A stretch of DNA of 64,000 nucleotides from Lepidodermella squamata (lineage: Eukaryota; Animalia; Gastrotricha). Positions 50,256 to 61,471 of this stretch are shown in pieces. The notes under the pieces were generated by a model, which did no database searches, had not been told where the DNA came from, and worked only from the letters and a program-made list of their open reading frames with translations. The stretch is from the NCBI GenBank assembly GCA_047495785.1, contig JBLDXI010000033.1, forward strand, positions 806,001 through 870,000. Reading direction: 5' to 3'. Made by a program: the position numbers and the translations under genes. Position 1 is the stretch's first letter; every line of letters begins with the position of its first letter.

Positions 50256-51170
50256 TCAGATATTGGTGAGAGTAGCCAAGCTCGCCAGGAGGACGGCGAA
50301 GAATGTGTTGATTCCAAAAGCTGACGCCGAGTTCATAGTAATAGTATCCTGTATCCACTGGGTATACTTTGAAACACGCGTGAAGACACTGACCTTGAAC
50401 ATGGTCGCCAAATCACACCTTATGCCAAGCGACACAATTCCATGCTGAGTAACTGTTCCATCAGCTGATTTATAGAAAAGTGGACCACCACTGTCACCGG
50501 GGCAAAATCGCTTCAATTCTGTGTCGTAGCCAGCACAAATCATCGACGACCCAACTATAACTGGCTTCGGAACTCCGTCAACAGGAATCAACACGCCTTT
50601 ATATTCGGCTTCGCATTCGTCGTTTGTCGCGATAGGCATATCAGCCTTTCGAAGATACCGTGACGTTGCTGTCGAAGACGATTGGTACATGCCCCATCCG
50701 GATACTATTGCTATTTCGCCAGGATTCGGGTCTTCCACTGGTAGCTTGATAGGTTGTATGGTGCTAGAAAACGTTATATTTCTCTTCAACTTGATCAAAG
50801 AAATGTCGTTTTCGTAAGGGTTGGGCGAGTTGTATTTAGGGTGGACAAAGACTTCATCCATGTAGACTGTCTGTTGGCCTGCTTCGTAAGTACTTAGATC
50901 GTGCTTGCCGAGAACAAAACTGAAGTCAGCCCACAGCCTTTTGTCAACCTCAGCGAAACAGTGGCCAGCTGAAAGCAGCCACTGTTCGTTGATGATGCTC
51001 GCCCCGCAGATGTGCTGGCCGTTGTATTGATGGGAGACTTGCCATGGGAATTCGTGGGGATCTGCGATGTTTCCGCCGATGATTCGAACCGAATCCAATG
51101 GATCGGTGCAAAAGCTAACGGCGGCAAATGTGGAGATTAACAAAAACAGAGTAAACCAAGATTTTGCCAT
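50256..51170 (-). CDS. S1A serine protease, GPI-type tail (P3), intronless
   Basis: R|IIGG, LSAGHC, NDISL, GDSGGP; MNSASA plus hydrophobic tail. Confidence 0.92.
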   Translation of the reverse strand: MAKSWFTLFLLISTFAAVSFCTDPLDSVRIIGGNIADPHEFPWQVSHQYNGQHICGASIINEQWLLSAGHCFAEVDKRLWADFSFVLGKHDLSTYEAGQQTVYMDEVFVHPKYNSPNPYENDISLIKLKRNITFSSTIQPIKLPVEDPNPGEIAIVSGWGMYQSSSTATSRYLRKADMPIATNDECEAEYKGVLIPVDGVPKPVIVGSSMICAGYDTELKRFCPGDSGGPLFYKSADGTVTQHGIVSLGIRCDLATMFKVSVFTRVSKYTQWIQDTITMNSASAFGINTFFAVLLASLATLTNI

Positions 51171-51461
51171 CGTTAAAATATACAGTTATGTGAATAAATG
51201 CTATCTTGCCTCTTTGCGAAGTCTGCTCGTAATCCGTAACTGTCTCATAGAAGATAAAGATCTGATTACAAAATTTGTTACGGTTGTTAGAGATGATTAT
51301 ACACTCCCTTGGTGGACAGCTAAAATTATCGCTTTTTCGGTCATTTCGAGGCTTCAAATGAGATATCTCTGAAAAAACACTGCAGTTCAAACACGGAATT
51401 TATAGAAATCAAAATATAAATGCGTTACAAGGCAAAAATTGGCAGTAAATAGTTCATGATA

Positions 51462-52118
51462 TCACATATCATCACATAGCCTGGTAACCGGCGGAATCTT
51501 GAAAGTTAATGATAAATGACTGTCTTTGAAATTGAGTTCAATAATTTTCTCCTTGGCCCAGGAATATGCCTTCGAATAATAAGTAAGAATCAAAATGAAG
51601 CCAACAACCGTTAGCGGAAGAATCGCGCCTGAGTAATAGATAAATTTGCCAATTCCATCCCGATCATTTGGCGATGTTGTTGTAGACGAATTCTTCGGGG
51701 CGGCTGTCGTCATCGGAAAGTAACCAGTTTGGCCTTTCTCGTTCATCAAAGTATTCCAAGCATCGGCAAGTATGCCAGACGATATACCAGCCCAAACTTG
51801 GAAAATCAAATAACCAATATAGATAACGAGTCCAGCAGTAAATAGGCAAAACCAGACGAATCCTTTTGGGTAAATCCATTGCGAAATCGGTTTTCGGCTG
51901 ACTTTCGTCGTGATTTCAAACGCCTTGCCGCAAATTTCGCAAATAGGTTTATTCGAAGAGTTCATCCTCACTGCTGGGGAATTTATCAGCTGCTCGAGGC
52001 AGAATTTATGGAAATTCCCCATTGTGCCACTGCAGGAACAGACATTGCTGAATAGCGGCTCGCTTGTTGGACCGTCGCAGCAAATTCGACAGGTTGGTAA
52101 TTCTGCTTCTAAAGTCAT
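51462..52118 (-). CDS. MARCH-like RING-CH, 2-TM protein (M3)
   Basis: CRIC...CSCSGTMGNFHKFC...CEIC, KPISQW, two TMs, FKIPPV. Confidence 0.85.
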   Translation of the reverse strand: MTLEAELPTCRICCDGPTSEPLFSNVCSCSGTMGNFHKFCLEQLINSPAVRMNSSNKPICEICGKAFEITTKVSRKPISQWIYPKGFVWFCLFTAGLVIYIGYLIFQVWAGISSGILADAWNTLMNEKGQTGYFPMTTAAPKNSSTTTSPNDRDGIGKFIYYSGAILPLTVVGFILILTYYSKAYSWAKEKIIELNFKDSHLSLTFKIPPVTRLCDDM

Positions 52119-52267
52119 TAAAACAGGTTCAAAAAATGTTTTTTGGGATGGGCTGATGTTTTGCTCTTGAGTTCGAGAATTAGGATTTTATCTCTTCCGC
52201 TATTATTATCATCTGCCCTTATCTCTTGGCTGCTGAAACTAAACTCAAATTGCTCGACAAAGGGCAT

Positions 52268-52930
52268 TTATTTTTCAATTATGCAAACCGGAGGCATGCG
52301 GAAGCGAATGATTTTGATTTCACAGTTAAGCTCTATCAACTCCTTAGTGTAAGTCTTCCTGACATCTCGCAGCAAAATAAGGCCTAGGACGAAGAAAAAC
52401 ACGGCGAAAAGGAACGTTATCGGAAGCGCGGAGCCAATGAGAGTCAGTAAAAAGTCACTCGACCAGTCAGTATCGTCGTAGAAAAGCACCTCATCTGATG
52501 CCGAGATGATGGTTTGATTAGCTGATATCACCGTAGAATTATTGCCAAAATCTCGTATCTGCCTGAGCTCGAAAACAGCCCAAATTTGAACTCCAACAAT
52601 GCAGAGGAGGAGGAAGCATAGAACAAAAGAAACAGGTAGAAAACAGCTGGCGTTGTCGGGCAGTGACCAAGACCAAATCGGTTTCAGATGTTTAACGCAG
52701 TGAATTTCTAATTTTTTCAGGCATATATCACAGGCCGGCTGGCCGTCTTCCGTCATTCTCGCCGATGGTAGTGAGATTTGCTTTTCGAGGCATTGTTGAT
52801 GCGTGAAGGCGATTGATCCCCGGCATGAGCAGACGTTGGTGTAAAGCGGCCCCTTCGCCTCGCCTGGGCCTTCGAAGCATATGCGGCAGCTATTTAGCGG
52901 CGATTCTAGTACTTCTAAACAGTGGGCCAT
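52268..52930 (-). CDS. MARCH-like RING-CH, 2-TM protein (M4)
   Basis: CRIC...CSCRGSIAFTHQQC...CDIC, two TMs, FRMPPV. Confidence 0.85.
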   Translation of the reverse strand: MAHCLEVLESPLNSCRICFEGPGEAKGPLYTNVCSCRGSIAFTHQQCLEKQISLPSARMTEDGQPACDICLKKLEIHCVKHLKPIWSWSLPDNASCFLPVSFVLCFLLLCIVGVQIWAVFELRQIRDFGNNSTVISANQTIISASDEVLFYDDTDWSSDFLLTLIGSALPITFLFAVFFFVLGLILLRDVRKTYTKELIELNCEIKIIRFRMPPVCIIEK

Positions 52931-53143
52931 TTTGGTTATTGTTGTAAGAAAAATACTGGCAGTGAAAAATAACGGCCTTATCTATTTCTTATCATCATCC
53001 TTTTGTGTTTTATTATTCTGCATTTCGTGAGTGCAAATTATTATTCATTCAGCTTTCAGCCGCGCGTTTTCCCCATTCGCGGCATAACTCAATTTTCGAT
53101 ACAAAAAACAAAAATCGATAATCTTTTCATTACGTCTCATGCA

Positions 53144-55408
53144 TTAGTGACGGAAAATGAGATGGTTGCAATTTTGCGGTAAAATCATCGCTGATTTGTT
53201 ATGACAATCGAAAATTTTGCTGAAATCAGCTGAATTTGACAAAATCCTGTTAACTCGACTCGGAGGCTCGGAGTGAGCCCGTAATATGTCCCAATTAAAG
53301 ACAGGTTTATGAGCTGCACAATTCCATTGAGCATACGCGAGATAGAAAAGATGTTTCCCTTGATCCGTGACACTATTCAGTAATCTGGAGGCTGTTTCTA
53401 ATCCTAAAGAATCTGCATAATCCTCCAGTAATCTCGGATTTTCTCGATGATAGAAAGTTTCCTCGGAGCTGGTATCGATTTCTGTTGTTGATAAGCAGTT
53501 TATGTAGCTTTTGATTTGCTCCATTTTAAGTTCTTGGCTCAAAACATGAGCAAGCTCATGGCCGACAATCGTACCGATTCTTCCATATTTAACCGCCAAT
53601 GGGTAGGATTTATCGAAAAAAGGCTCGTGCAACATCGGCATATTGACTCGAATCAAATTCGTTAATCTGTTGTAGTTAGCTCCGAATTCGAAAGCTGACT
53701 CGTGGAAAATTTGGTCGATATCCTCCAGCGAGACGCCTTGAGTCACGAAACCAAGCATCATTTTCGTTTTAAATTTGTAAGCGCTTCGCAGGTTTTTAAG
53801 GTGGCTTGACCGCGTGACAGTAAAAGACTCATAAAATTTGTCAAGATGCGCCTCATTCAGTGTCCAAGACGGTGTTCCAGCTTGAAATCTGACCCGGCGT
53901 AACGTCTTTGCAGTTTCTTCGGGAATTTGAAGCCGCGCAGCTAAATGTTTGAATTCATTCAAAAATTTACTGTAAATTCGATGAAAATCCTCAAGATTCG
54001 ATGTTGTAACAAATTTCCTCCTGTAAATTGAAGAGACAGCTAACGGCATGGTCTGAGAAATTAGCCTTAAACACTCCAATTCAGCCATTTTAGTTTCGCC
54101 CTCGAGTATTGATCGAAGAGGGTAGAGAGCTTTAAGGACGAGGTAATTCTGCAGCATTTGTCGACCATTCTGAGTTTCGACCTAGGTAGACCTAGGTCCT
54201 ACTCAAAATCAAGCTTGATTTTGAGTAGGTCGCAAACCCTTTTCAAATAGTAGCACCTATCGTCGCTAATGTAAATCGATTGAAGAGGAATAGAAAGGCT
54301 GAGATGGGCGGTCCAAGCCTTGAAGAACGACTCCCAATTGAGTAAATTGCAACATGAAGTCAAGTTAAGGATAGGAAGTTCAACCAAGGAAGTATCTAGA
54401 ATAAGTCTCTCCGGGACATGAATAGACGCGAGTTGTAGTTCGAAGTACACAACTTCATCAGCTTCCGGCCTTGAAATTCCTCCGAAAGGTCTCGCCAAAG
54501 CGAAAATCTCACGGCTATACATGGCGATTTTGAATGGAGTTACGCCAGATTTAGTCATGGAAAAGTGATCGAAACCTCCTTTCTGAATGACAAGAACTGG
54601 CTTGGCTTCATTTGGGTCTTTAAATTGAAAGGTCAGGTGAAATAAATGATTCCTGCTGTAGTGCATCAGCTTTCCAATGCGTTCGAATAAATCGCTTTGC
54701 TTCACATCGACTTTGGCTAGCCCGCCCATTTTTTCGACGATTGTTCTTAGCAAATGCCTATTCTGGATGAACAAGCTGTTATGGCGACAGGCGTCGTAGT
54801 AGTCCTTGACCTTTTTCTCCGATTTCCACACAAAATTCGAGGCATTTTCTAAAATTAAATATGGGCAAATTGAAGGAAAAAAATATTAAAAAATCCAACT
54901 TAATAATTTGATGAAAGCAATTTTCGCGGATTGAGTCAAATCTGATGCGATTGAACGACCTAGTTTGCTGCCCTCATCACTTGAACAGTAGCTCCCACAT
55001 GCGTATTGATAGAAATCTTCGCAAGGATCTACTGTGTTGTCGACGATGTCGAACATCGCTTCGATGGATTTGTTGCACTGATCCGACTTACATATCGTCG
55101 TAAAATTGCTGAGTTTCGGATAAAAATCCGGCGGCACGAATATTTTAATCGGGAAATTCGACTCGAAAGTCACTACAACAGCAACTAGAAGGGCTAAAAC
55201 CACGGTAACAACAACGGCGCCTGAAATTCGCAAGATTTATTTGATTTTTATTTTAAAATTTAAAATTACGTGTGCAGTGCTTAGTTCCAGATTTTTCGTG
55301 ATCTGGATTGTCTAGCCTAGCGTAAGTTGTGTCGACAGAATTATCGTTAGGATCAAGTCTGTTTCTACCGCGACCTTGCAGTCTTGCGATTCGATATCTG
55401 CGAGGCAT
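53144..55408 (-). CDS. Neprilysin/ECE-like M13 metallopeptidase, type II membrane (possibly disrupted at ~54.2 kb)
   Basis: Cytosolic N-terminus plus TM, VDPCEDFYQYACG, GHELAH (HExxH), EDYAD, HSEPPSRV; introns 55221-55269 and ~54849-54899; junction at 54182-54237 is ambiguous. Confidence 0.8.
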
Positions 55409-55608
55409 TTTCTTACGTGTAAAAATAGCGATTATAACAGATACCTTCGAATAAATCGCTATCTTTTGTTTATCAGACGATAATTTGTTATTTTTACGAT
55501 AAATCTCCAGATCGCGCGGGAAATATTTTATTGATAAAATCGCCCTCAATCAGGAAAAAATACATCATATAAATTATTAGGCATTTTGAGTCACATTTAG
55601 GTTTTTTC

Positions 55609-56516
55609 TCACAAACGGGTGAGGCCACCATCAACGGGTAAAACGACCCCGGTAAGGTAGGAAGCATCATCGCTTAAAAGAAACAGGGTGGCCGAGACAA
55701 CGTCACTCGTTTCTGAAAACCGGCCCAGGGGCGTTCGGCCAAGCATCGGGCCTGATTTAGCCGGGTCAGACCAAACTGCTCGGCCCATGTCAGTCAGCAC
55801 AACAGTTGGATTTACGCTGTTGACCCGGATATTGTGAGGGCCGAGTTCAAGGGTCATAACCCCCATCATAGCATCCATGGCGCCCTTTGAGGAGCAGTAG
55901 ACAGTATGGTCACGTAGCGGGCGGATGGAAGCAATTGATGATATGTTGACGATTGAACCAGGCTGGCCACGTTTCTTCAAATCATTAGCGATGACCTAGA
56001 TTTTTTAATTTTATTACTATGTGTGCGTGCTGCAAAATAAATTCAACTGACCTGAGTAATATTCAACGTGGCTTTGACATTAATTGAAAATAGGTCATCG
56101 AAATCAGACTCAACGTACTCGCCAAATGGTTTTGTCAGAGCAACACCTAAGATTAATAAATAATTGGGCATTTTTTTAGAAATAACGTCGGAAAATATCC
56201 AACCAGCATTGTTAACTAGAAGATCGATTGGGAGAACTGATTTAATTGCCTCTTCCGTCGCCTTCCAGTCTGCCACATCCACGCAAAGAGTGGTGCTGTT
56301 TGGAAGCTAATTTTATTTGAATTTAATTGAAAAATTGGGCAATATTCTCTTAATCATAGTTACCTCTTTTGCCGCTGCTTCCAAGTTCGCTTTGCTCTTA
56401 CCAACAATAATGACATGGGCGCCTTCTTTATGTAGACCTTTTGCAATGTCTAGGCCAATACCACGCGATCCCCCAGTCACTAGGGCTCGTTTACCCTGGA
56501 ACCTGTTTGTTGCCAT
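55609..56516 (-). CDS. DCXR: L-xylulose/dicarbonyl reductase-like SDR, 4 exons
   Basis: [65 protein letters not shown]. Confidence 0.85.
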
Positions 56517-56709
56517 TCTGAATTGAATGAGTCAAAGCCAAGTTTCAGAAAGCCTTAATTCTAGAAACTGCATGCAGCCCTTAATACTGGAGACTGATAA
56601 AAAACGCGCTAGTACCGAGGTAATATTTAGATAAAAAATAGGGAGTGAAACAAATGATATGATATTCAGCAGGTTTTATTCAAATGCGTGTTTAATTAAA
56701 ATGAAAAAA

Positions 56710-57498
56710 TTAAACATTCAAAGCTTCAGCGTTATCATCCGTGCCAACTACAGCGGATGATGTCTCTTGACCGCTAAATTTTTGCACAGGTGGTGAAATG
56801 AATTTAACAACTCGACATTCAGTATTCAAGTCGATAAGCGTTCGCCAAATTTCTTTCCGGTTCGAACAAGCTTTCATGCCAGCGTAGAACATGCCGAAAG
56901 CCAGGAAAAGAACAGTAACGGGTAGAATAGCCGCGGACATGGTTGCGAATACGTACATTTCCGCCGAGACATTCCAACCGTATTTAACTGTAGTTCTTAT
57001 TGGCTTGGGGGTCGTTGTCTTCATCGCCGTGTAGGCCGTAGTTTCGGCGGTTTCGGGTCGCTGTGTTGTTGTCTGAGCCGAGGTTATAGGTATCCAATCC
57101 ATGTTAGTCTCAATTTCAGTACCCCAAGCAAAGAAACCGGTCAAAATTATGAGAATGCAGTATATCAAAATTATCATTTTCGACTTCCTATCAGGTCGAG
57201 GTAGTCGCCACCTCCAAAACGGTCGAACCCTCCGCTGTTGGTCAACCTGGTAAACCTGCTTGCATAAATCACATTTCGGCTTGCCATTTGCGTCCAATTT
57301 AGTCGCGTCAGCTTTAAGGAGAAGTTCCAGGCAATGTTTATGGATGTAGCCAACAGATCCTCGGCATCCGCAGAATCCAGTGTAGATTGGTAAAGGTCTA
57401 CGCTTGAATAAGCATACTTTTTCGGTGTAACTTAGGCCTTCCAAACAGATTCTACAAGTGATCTCCTCAGGCATCAGATCGAAATTGTTGCTACTCAT
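56710..57498 (-). CDS. MARCH-like RING-CH, 2-TM protein (M5), Thr-rich luminal loop
   Basis: CRIC...CGCRGSVGYIHKHC...CDLC, two TMs flanking a mucin-like loop, FISPPV. Confidence 0.85.
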   Translation of the reverse strand: MSSNNFDLMPEEITCRICLEGLSYTEKVCLFKRRPLPIYTGFCGCRGSVGYIHKHCLELLLKADATKLDANGKPKCDLCKQVYQVDQQRRVRPFWRWRLPRPDRKSKMIILIYCILIILTGFFAWGTEIETNMDWIPITSAQTTTQRPETAETTAYTAMKTTTPKPIRTTVKYGWNVSAEMYVFATMSAAILPVTVLFLAFGMFYAGMKACSNRKEIWRTLIDLNTECRVVKFISPPVQKFSGQETSSAVVGTDDNAEALNV

Positions 57499-58006
57499 CA
57501 GCTGGGAAGGAAAAGCTGGAGAAAAAGGACAATTTCCTGACTGATAAATGAGCTTTAGATAAAAGTAACAAAAGTAAATGCACTCTTATCTTATGGCGTT
57601 TTATCCAAGAACAAACTCATCACGAGATGGATGATATTTAGTCCATCGAGCTCGGTTCATTGGGCAACCTTTTTGTTGTGTATAAGGAATTCGAAAAAAT
57701 TACAGATTGGGAAAGCTCGCTCATGTTAAGTTTTATTTGAATTATCTCTCTGCAAATATTTAGGTGATTGAGCTCGAACGTGGAAAAATCAGAAAACCAA
57801 GCGAAATTGCCCTTTTCAGGCGCCCAGCGCTTCACATGAAATAAACATCACTAAAAAAAAAAATGAGCGGCAGTGTTTTGAATTGAGCTTTCTGAATCTG
57901 TAAATTTTCGAAATTTCCTATAAAAAAAAATTAGCCAAGAAAACTGACTTTCTCTGCGGCGTGATAAAAATAGAAATAATCTTATTTAGTTATTTATTAT
58001 ATTTTA

Positions 58007-58414
58007 CGAAGTGCACTTTCATACATATTTATGTATGAAATTTTTAACTTTCATACATATTTATTTATGACAAAATTAACTTTCATACATATTTTTTTCA
58101 TAAAATCGTGTTTTTCAGCCAAACTGTGATTAGGAATTGGGGTTAGGGTTAGGTTTAGGGTTTGGTTAGGGTTCAGGATTAAGGTTAGGGTTAGGAAATT
58201 TCGAGTTTCGGGGTTCTACCTAGCTCGATTTTTGGGCCCTTGCGCTTCCCAATAACCAATTTCATGCGGAAAAAATTGACTACGCTTTCGGAACCCCGTT
58301 TTTCTTTTTCATAAACCGAAAACAAGTCATCTGGCATTTCCCTAAATTTAATGAGAAAAAATATGTATGAAAGTTAAAAATGTCATACATATTTATGTAT
58401 GAAAATTGGCACCC
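58007..58414. mobile_element. MITE with 9-bp TSD and internal degenerate TTAGGG array
   Basis: TATATTTTA at 57998-58006 and 58415-58423; TIRs built from repeated TTTCATACATAT...ATGTATGA units. Confidence 0.75.
58129..58195 (+). repeat. Degenerate telomere-type (TTAGGG)n
   Basis: GGTTAGGGTTAGGTTTAGGGTTTGGTTAGGGTTCAGGATTAAGGTTAGGGTTAGG. Confidence 0.8.
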
Positions 58415-59029
58415 TATATTTTATTTTAATATGGGTCAAAACGTCGTCACCTGTTTTCTAATAAATAAATTATTATCGGAATAGTTGGGCCAAGAGGACG
58501 ATTAGGGCATCGTGTCGTAGGTCAACGTGTCGTTGGGTCAAAATGTTGTATTCTTGGTTAAATATTGTCTAAATGAGAATTTGGTGAATCAATTTCGCCT
58601 GTGGAATAATGAAACGCGTTATCTCTCTTCCAGCTATGTTTTTTTCCAAAATATTCCAAAAGAAATTTCGCGAATTTGGCTTGAATAAGGGAAGTTGAAT
58701 TATTAAATTTGTACCTTTTTGATAGTAACAGCCAGGTAAAAGTTCGCCAAGACCTGAATACCTTATACTGAAAATCATGGAGAATTTCTATATCTTCATT
58801 ATCTTCATTATCTTCATTATCTATATTTACTATTTGTTTGGATTTTTCGTAAATGATTTTTCCGCATTTTTTAAATATTATTTCGCACCTTCGAAGAATT
58901 CTTTTTTATTTTCAAGCCATATAGAAAAAATTGCGTTATATTTCAAGCCTGTTGGCCGAGGCTATCATTTTATTAGTAGGTTATTTTTTAGCTATATTAA
59001 TTAATTATAAAAAATGCAATATACTAATA

Positions 59030-59812
59030 TCAAACAATGAATATTTTCAATTGGTTTTTGCGAAGCATAGACGGCTCGATTTTCACAACTGGCGGCATTT
59101 TGAAATCAATTGTTTCCCAGTCCGTCTTCAACTCAATAAAGCCATCTTTAACTTTGAGAAATTTGAGGATAAGCGCCACAAAACAACCAAGGATGAACAT
59201 TAACGAGACTGGAAGAAAGCCGATTGACAAAGCCGCTAATACCCTATCGCCATCAGAATAATTCCAAGCGTAGTAATACCCTTGTGTTGTGTGGACGGGC
59301 TTTGGCATCCGAGTTGTAGTCGATGGGAATAAGGTCCATTTTGTTTCGGCTGTAATATCTACTTTCGTGCTAGTTGTAACATTATTATTTGCCGTAGTAG
59401 TTATATAGTAATGCTTTTCCAATTCCAGGGTATCTTCAACGTAAGCACCGTAGGAGAAAATAGCAGTACAAATGATGGATAAGACCAGAATGACGTAGAA
59501 CGTATTGCTCATCCTTAGTTTTTCCCAGTGCCAAATTTTTACCTTTTTCGATCGATAATCCACCTGATACTTGGTCCTGCATAGCTCGCAAATTGGGTTG
59601 CCGGTGATGTCTCGTTTCGTATATTCGGATTTCAGCGTCAGCTCGAAGCAATGCTTGTGAATGAATCCCATTGTTCCGCGACATGCACAAAACCCGGTGT
59701 ACATAGGCTGAGGTTGTTCGGAGAAGAACTTCCATCGCGATGAAGAATTCAAGTCGTCTTGGCAGATTCGACAAGTGACATCTTCTTGGTCTAGGTAATC
59801 ATGGCTGCTCAT
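59030..59812 (-). CDS. MARCH-like RING-CH, 2-TM protein (M6)
   Basis: MSSHDYLD start shared with M7; C4HC3 RING; Thr-rich loop; FKMPPV. Confidence 0.85.
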   Translation of the reverse strand: MSSHDYLDQEDVTCRICQDDLNSSSRWKFFSEQPQPMYTGFCACRGTMGFIHKHCFELTLKSEYTKRDITGNPICELCRTKYQVDYRSKKVKIWHWEKLRMSNTFYVILVLSIICTAIFSYGAYVEDTLELEKHYYITTTANNNVTTSTKVDITAETKWTLFPSTTTRMPKPVHTTQGYYYAWNYSDGDRVLAALSIGFLPVSLMFILGCFVALILKFLKVKDGFIELKTDWETIDFKMPPVVKIEPSMLRKNQLKIFIV

Positions 59813-60900
59813 ACCCTGAAAGATGATATATCGCTGTAGTAATTTCAAGATCAAACAAGTAGATGCTGATTAAAATTGCTGCGGAGTGCTCAATTTATAC
59901 GTCCTCGATATGAATAACCAGCATTTGCATGAATCAGTGTCAAACCACACGATAAGTTCGAATGATAATGGAATTGATAAGACAAAGATGTCAAAGTCTG
60001 AAAGAAGAGGTAAAATTAGGACAAACCTCTTTCTCAATGGTCTCAATGGTCAAGCTCACCTAGAGTTGGCAAAATTTCCCAACACTGGCTAATAGCATAC
60101 CTCAACGGCCATTGGGCATTATTTTGAAAATATCAAATTTATTATGAAAATGTTGATGCCAAAGTAGGGCTCACAAGAATACTGAACACGGTAATGTGGG
60201 GTAATTGTAAAAGGGGGCAAATTGGAACTAATTTTTCAGAGTCGAAAATTGATAATAGATTTTTCCATTGCATTCTTTCTCTTTTTCGTCAGCTTTTGAA
60301 TGGTCAAAAATATGTATCAATAGAAATATTATGGAATTCCGGCGGGAAACTCGTTTGAATTTCTGAATTTATTTAAGGGAAAGCTAATATTTTTGCCCTT
60401 CCAAAAAAATAAAAATTTGATAAAAATTTGAATATTTCTGCGAATTACTAAGGAAAAAAAATAAAAATGAACTATTTTCAAGCTTCTATCACGTATATGC
60501 AGCGTGTCCCATCATAAGTAACGCGAGCAAAGAAAATACGCGGAAAAAGGTTCGGTAACTCTTAAATGCGAGACGAAGTCACATCTCATGGCCAAAATAA
60601 AGTTAGAAAAATTCAAATTATCACGAGAATATTAGGGTATTCGAGTATAGCACTTGTTACCGGGATAAAAGAATGTTAATTCCGGAGAAATGTGTTGCAA
60701 TTGGGTAAAATACCGAAAATTACCGAACCAGCTATCATCGGGGTTTTACGGGTGTTTGTTCGATAAACTTGTTACATCGCGGATAACAGATGGAATATTC
60801 TCTCGGTAGTTTAATTGAAAAAAATTAGTTGGATCTGCCGCACAAATTTGCTAAATTTAAAAATAGTTGCGCAACTACTGGGGCGCGCTGAATAGATGAA

Positions 60901-61352
60901 TACCGTATTTAACGAATTATTAGGCAGGACCCAAATATAGGGCAGAACCGGAATAAAGGGCAGAGGGTAACGGTCATTTGAAATAATAAAGGGCAGAACC
61001 GTATTAATAGACAGGGCCTTGTATGAAGTGGCTTACATGAGCGCCTGCTGGGTAAGTGGCTAAAGTTGGATAGGTCGCGATTTTTCGTCAGTAAGTGCAC
61101 TAATCGTCCTTTATCCACCTTAATCCACTTGGGCAAACACTTCACGCGTGTAGTCACAGGTGGAAGGCAGTAGCTTCAGTGGCTATTCGGCGGTTTTATC
61201 TAGGTTGATCTAGGTATTTTCAGCTGACTGATTAGGTTCGAAAAATTAAAGGGCAGAACCGAAATAAAGTGCAGACCCTAAATACAGGGCAGGACTTGAA
61301 CCTCGTTTGAAAAAAATACAGGGCAGGGTCTTATAATTCGTAAAATACGGTA
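60901..61352. mobile_element. Tc1/mariner-pogo-type MITE (TA TSD)
   Basis: TACCGTATTTAACGAATTAT / ATAATTCGTAAAATACGGTA inverted termini; repeated subterminal AGGGCAG units. Confidence 0.8.
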
Positions 61353-61471
61353 AGTTAATGGTTTTTCCATGATAAATAAATTAAATAAATTAGAATGGAG
61401 TGGAAGATTCGAGAAATTCATGCAACGATCAAGAATGGGCTTTTATTACGTTATTAAACAAATTAAAATTA

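Noticed and set aside
58129-58195. True telomere or chromosome-fusion scar
   Set aside because: Short, degenerate, single orientation and enclosed in a MITE
58777-59004. 75-aa hydrophobic ORF
   Set aside because: Arises from an AT-rich 9-bp microrepeat (TATCTTCAT)x3
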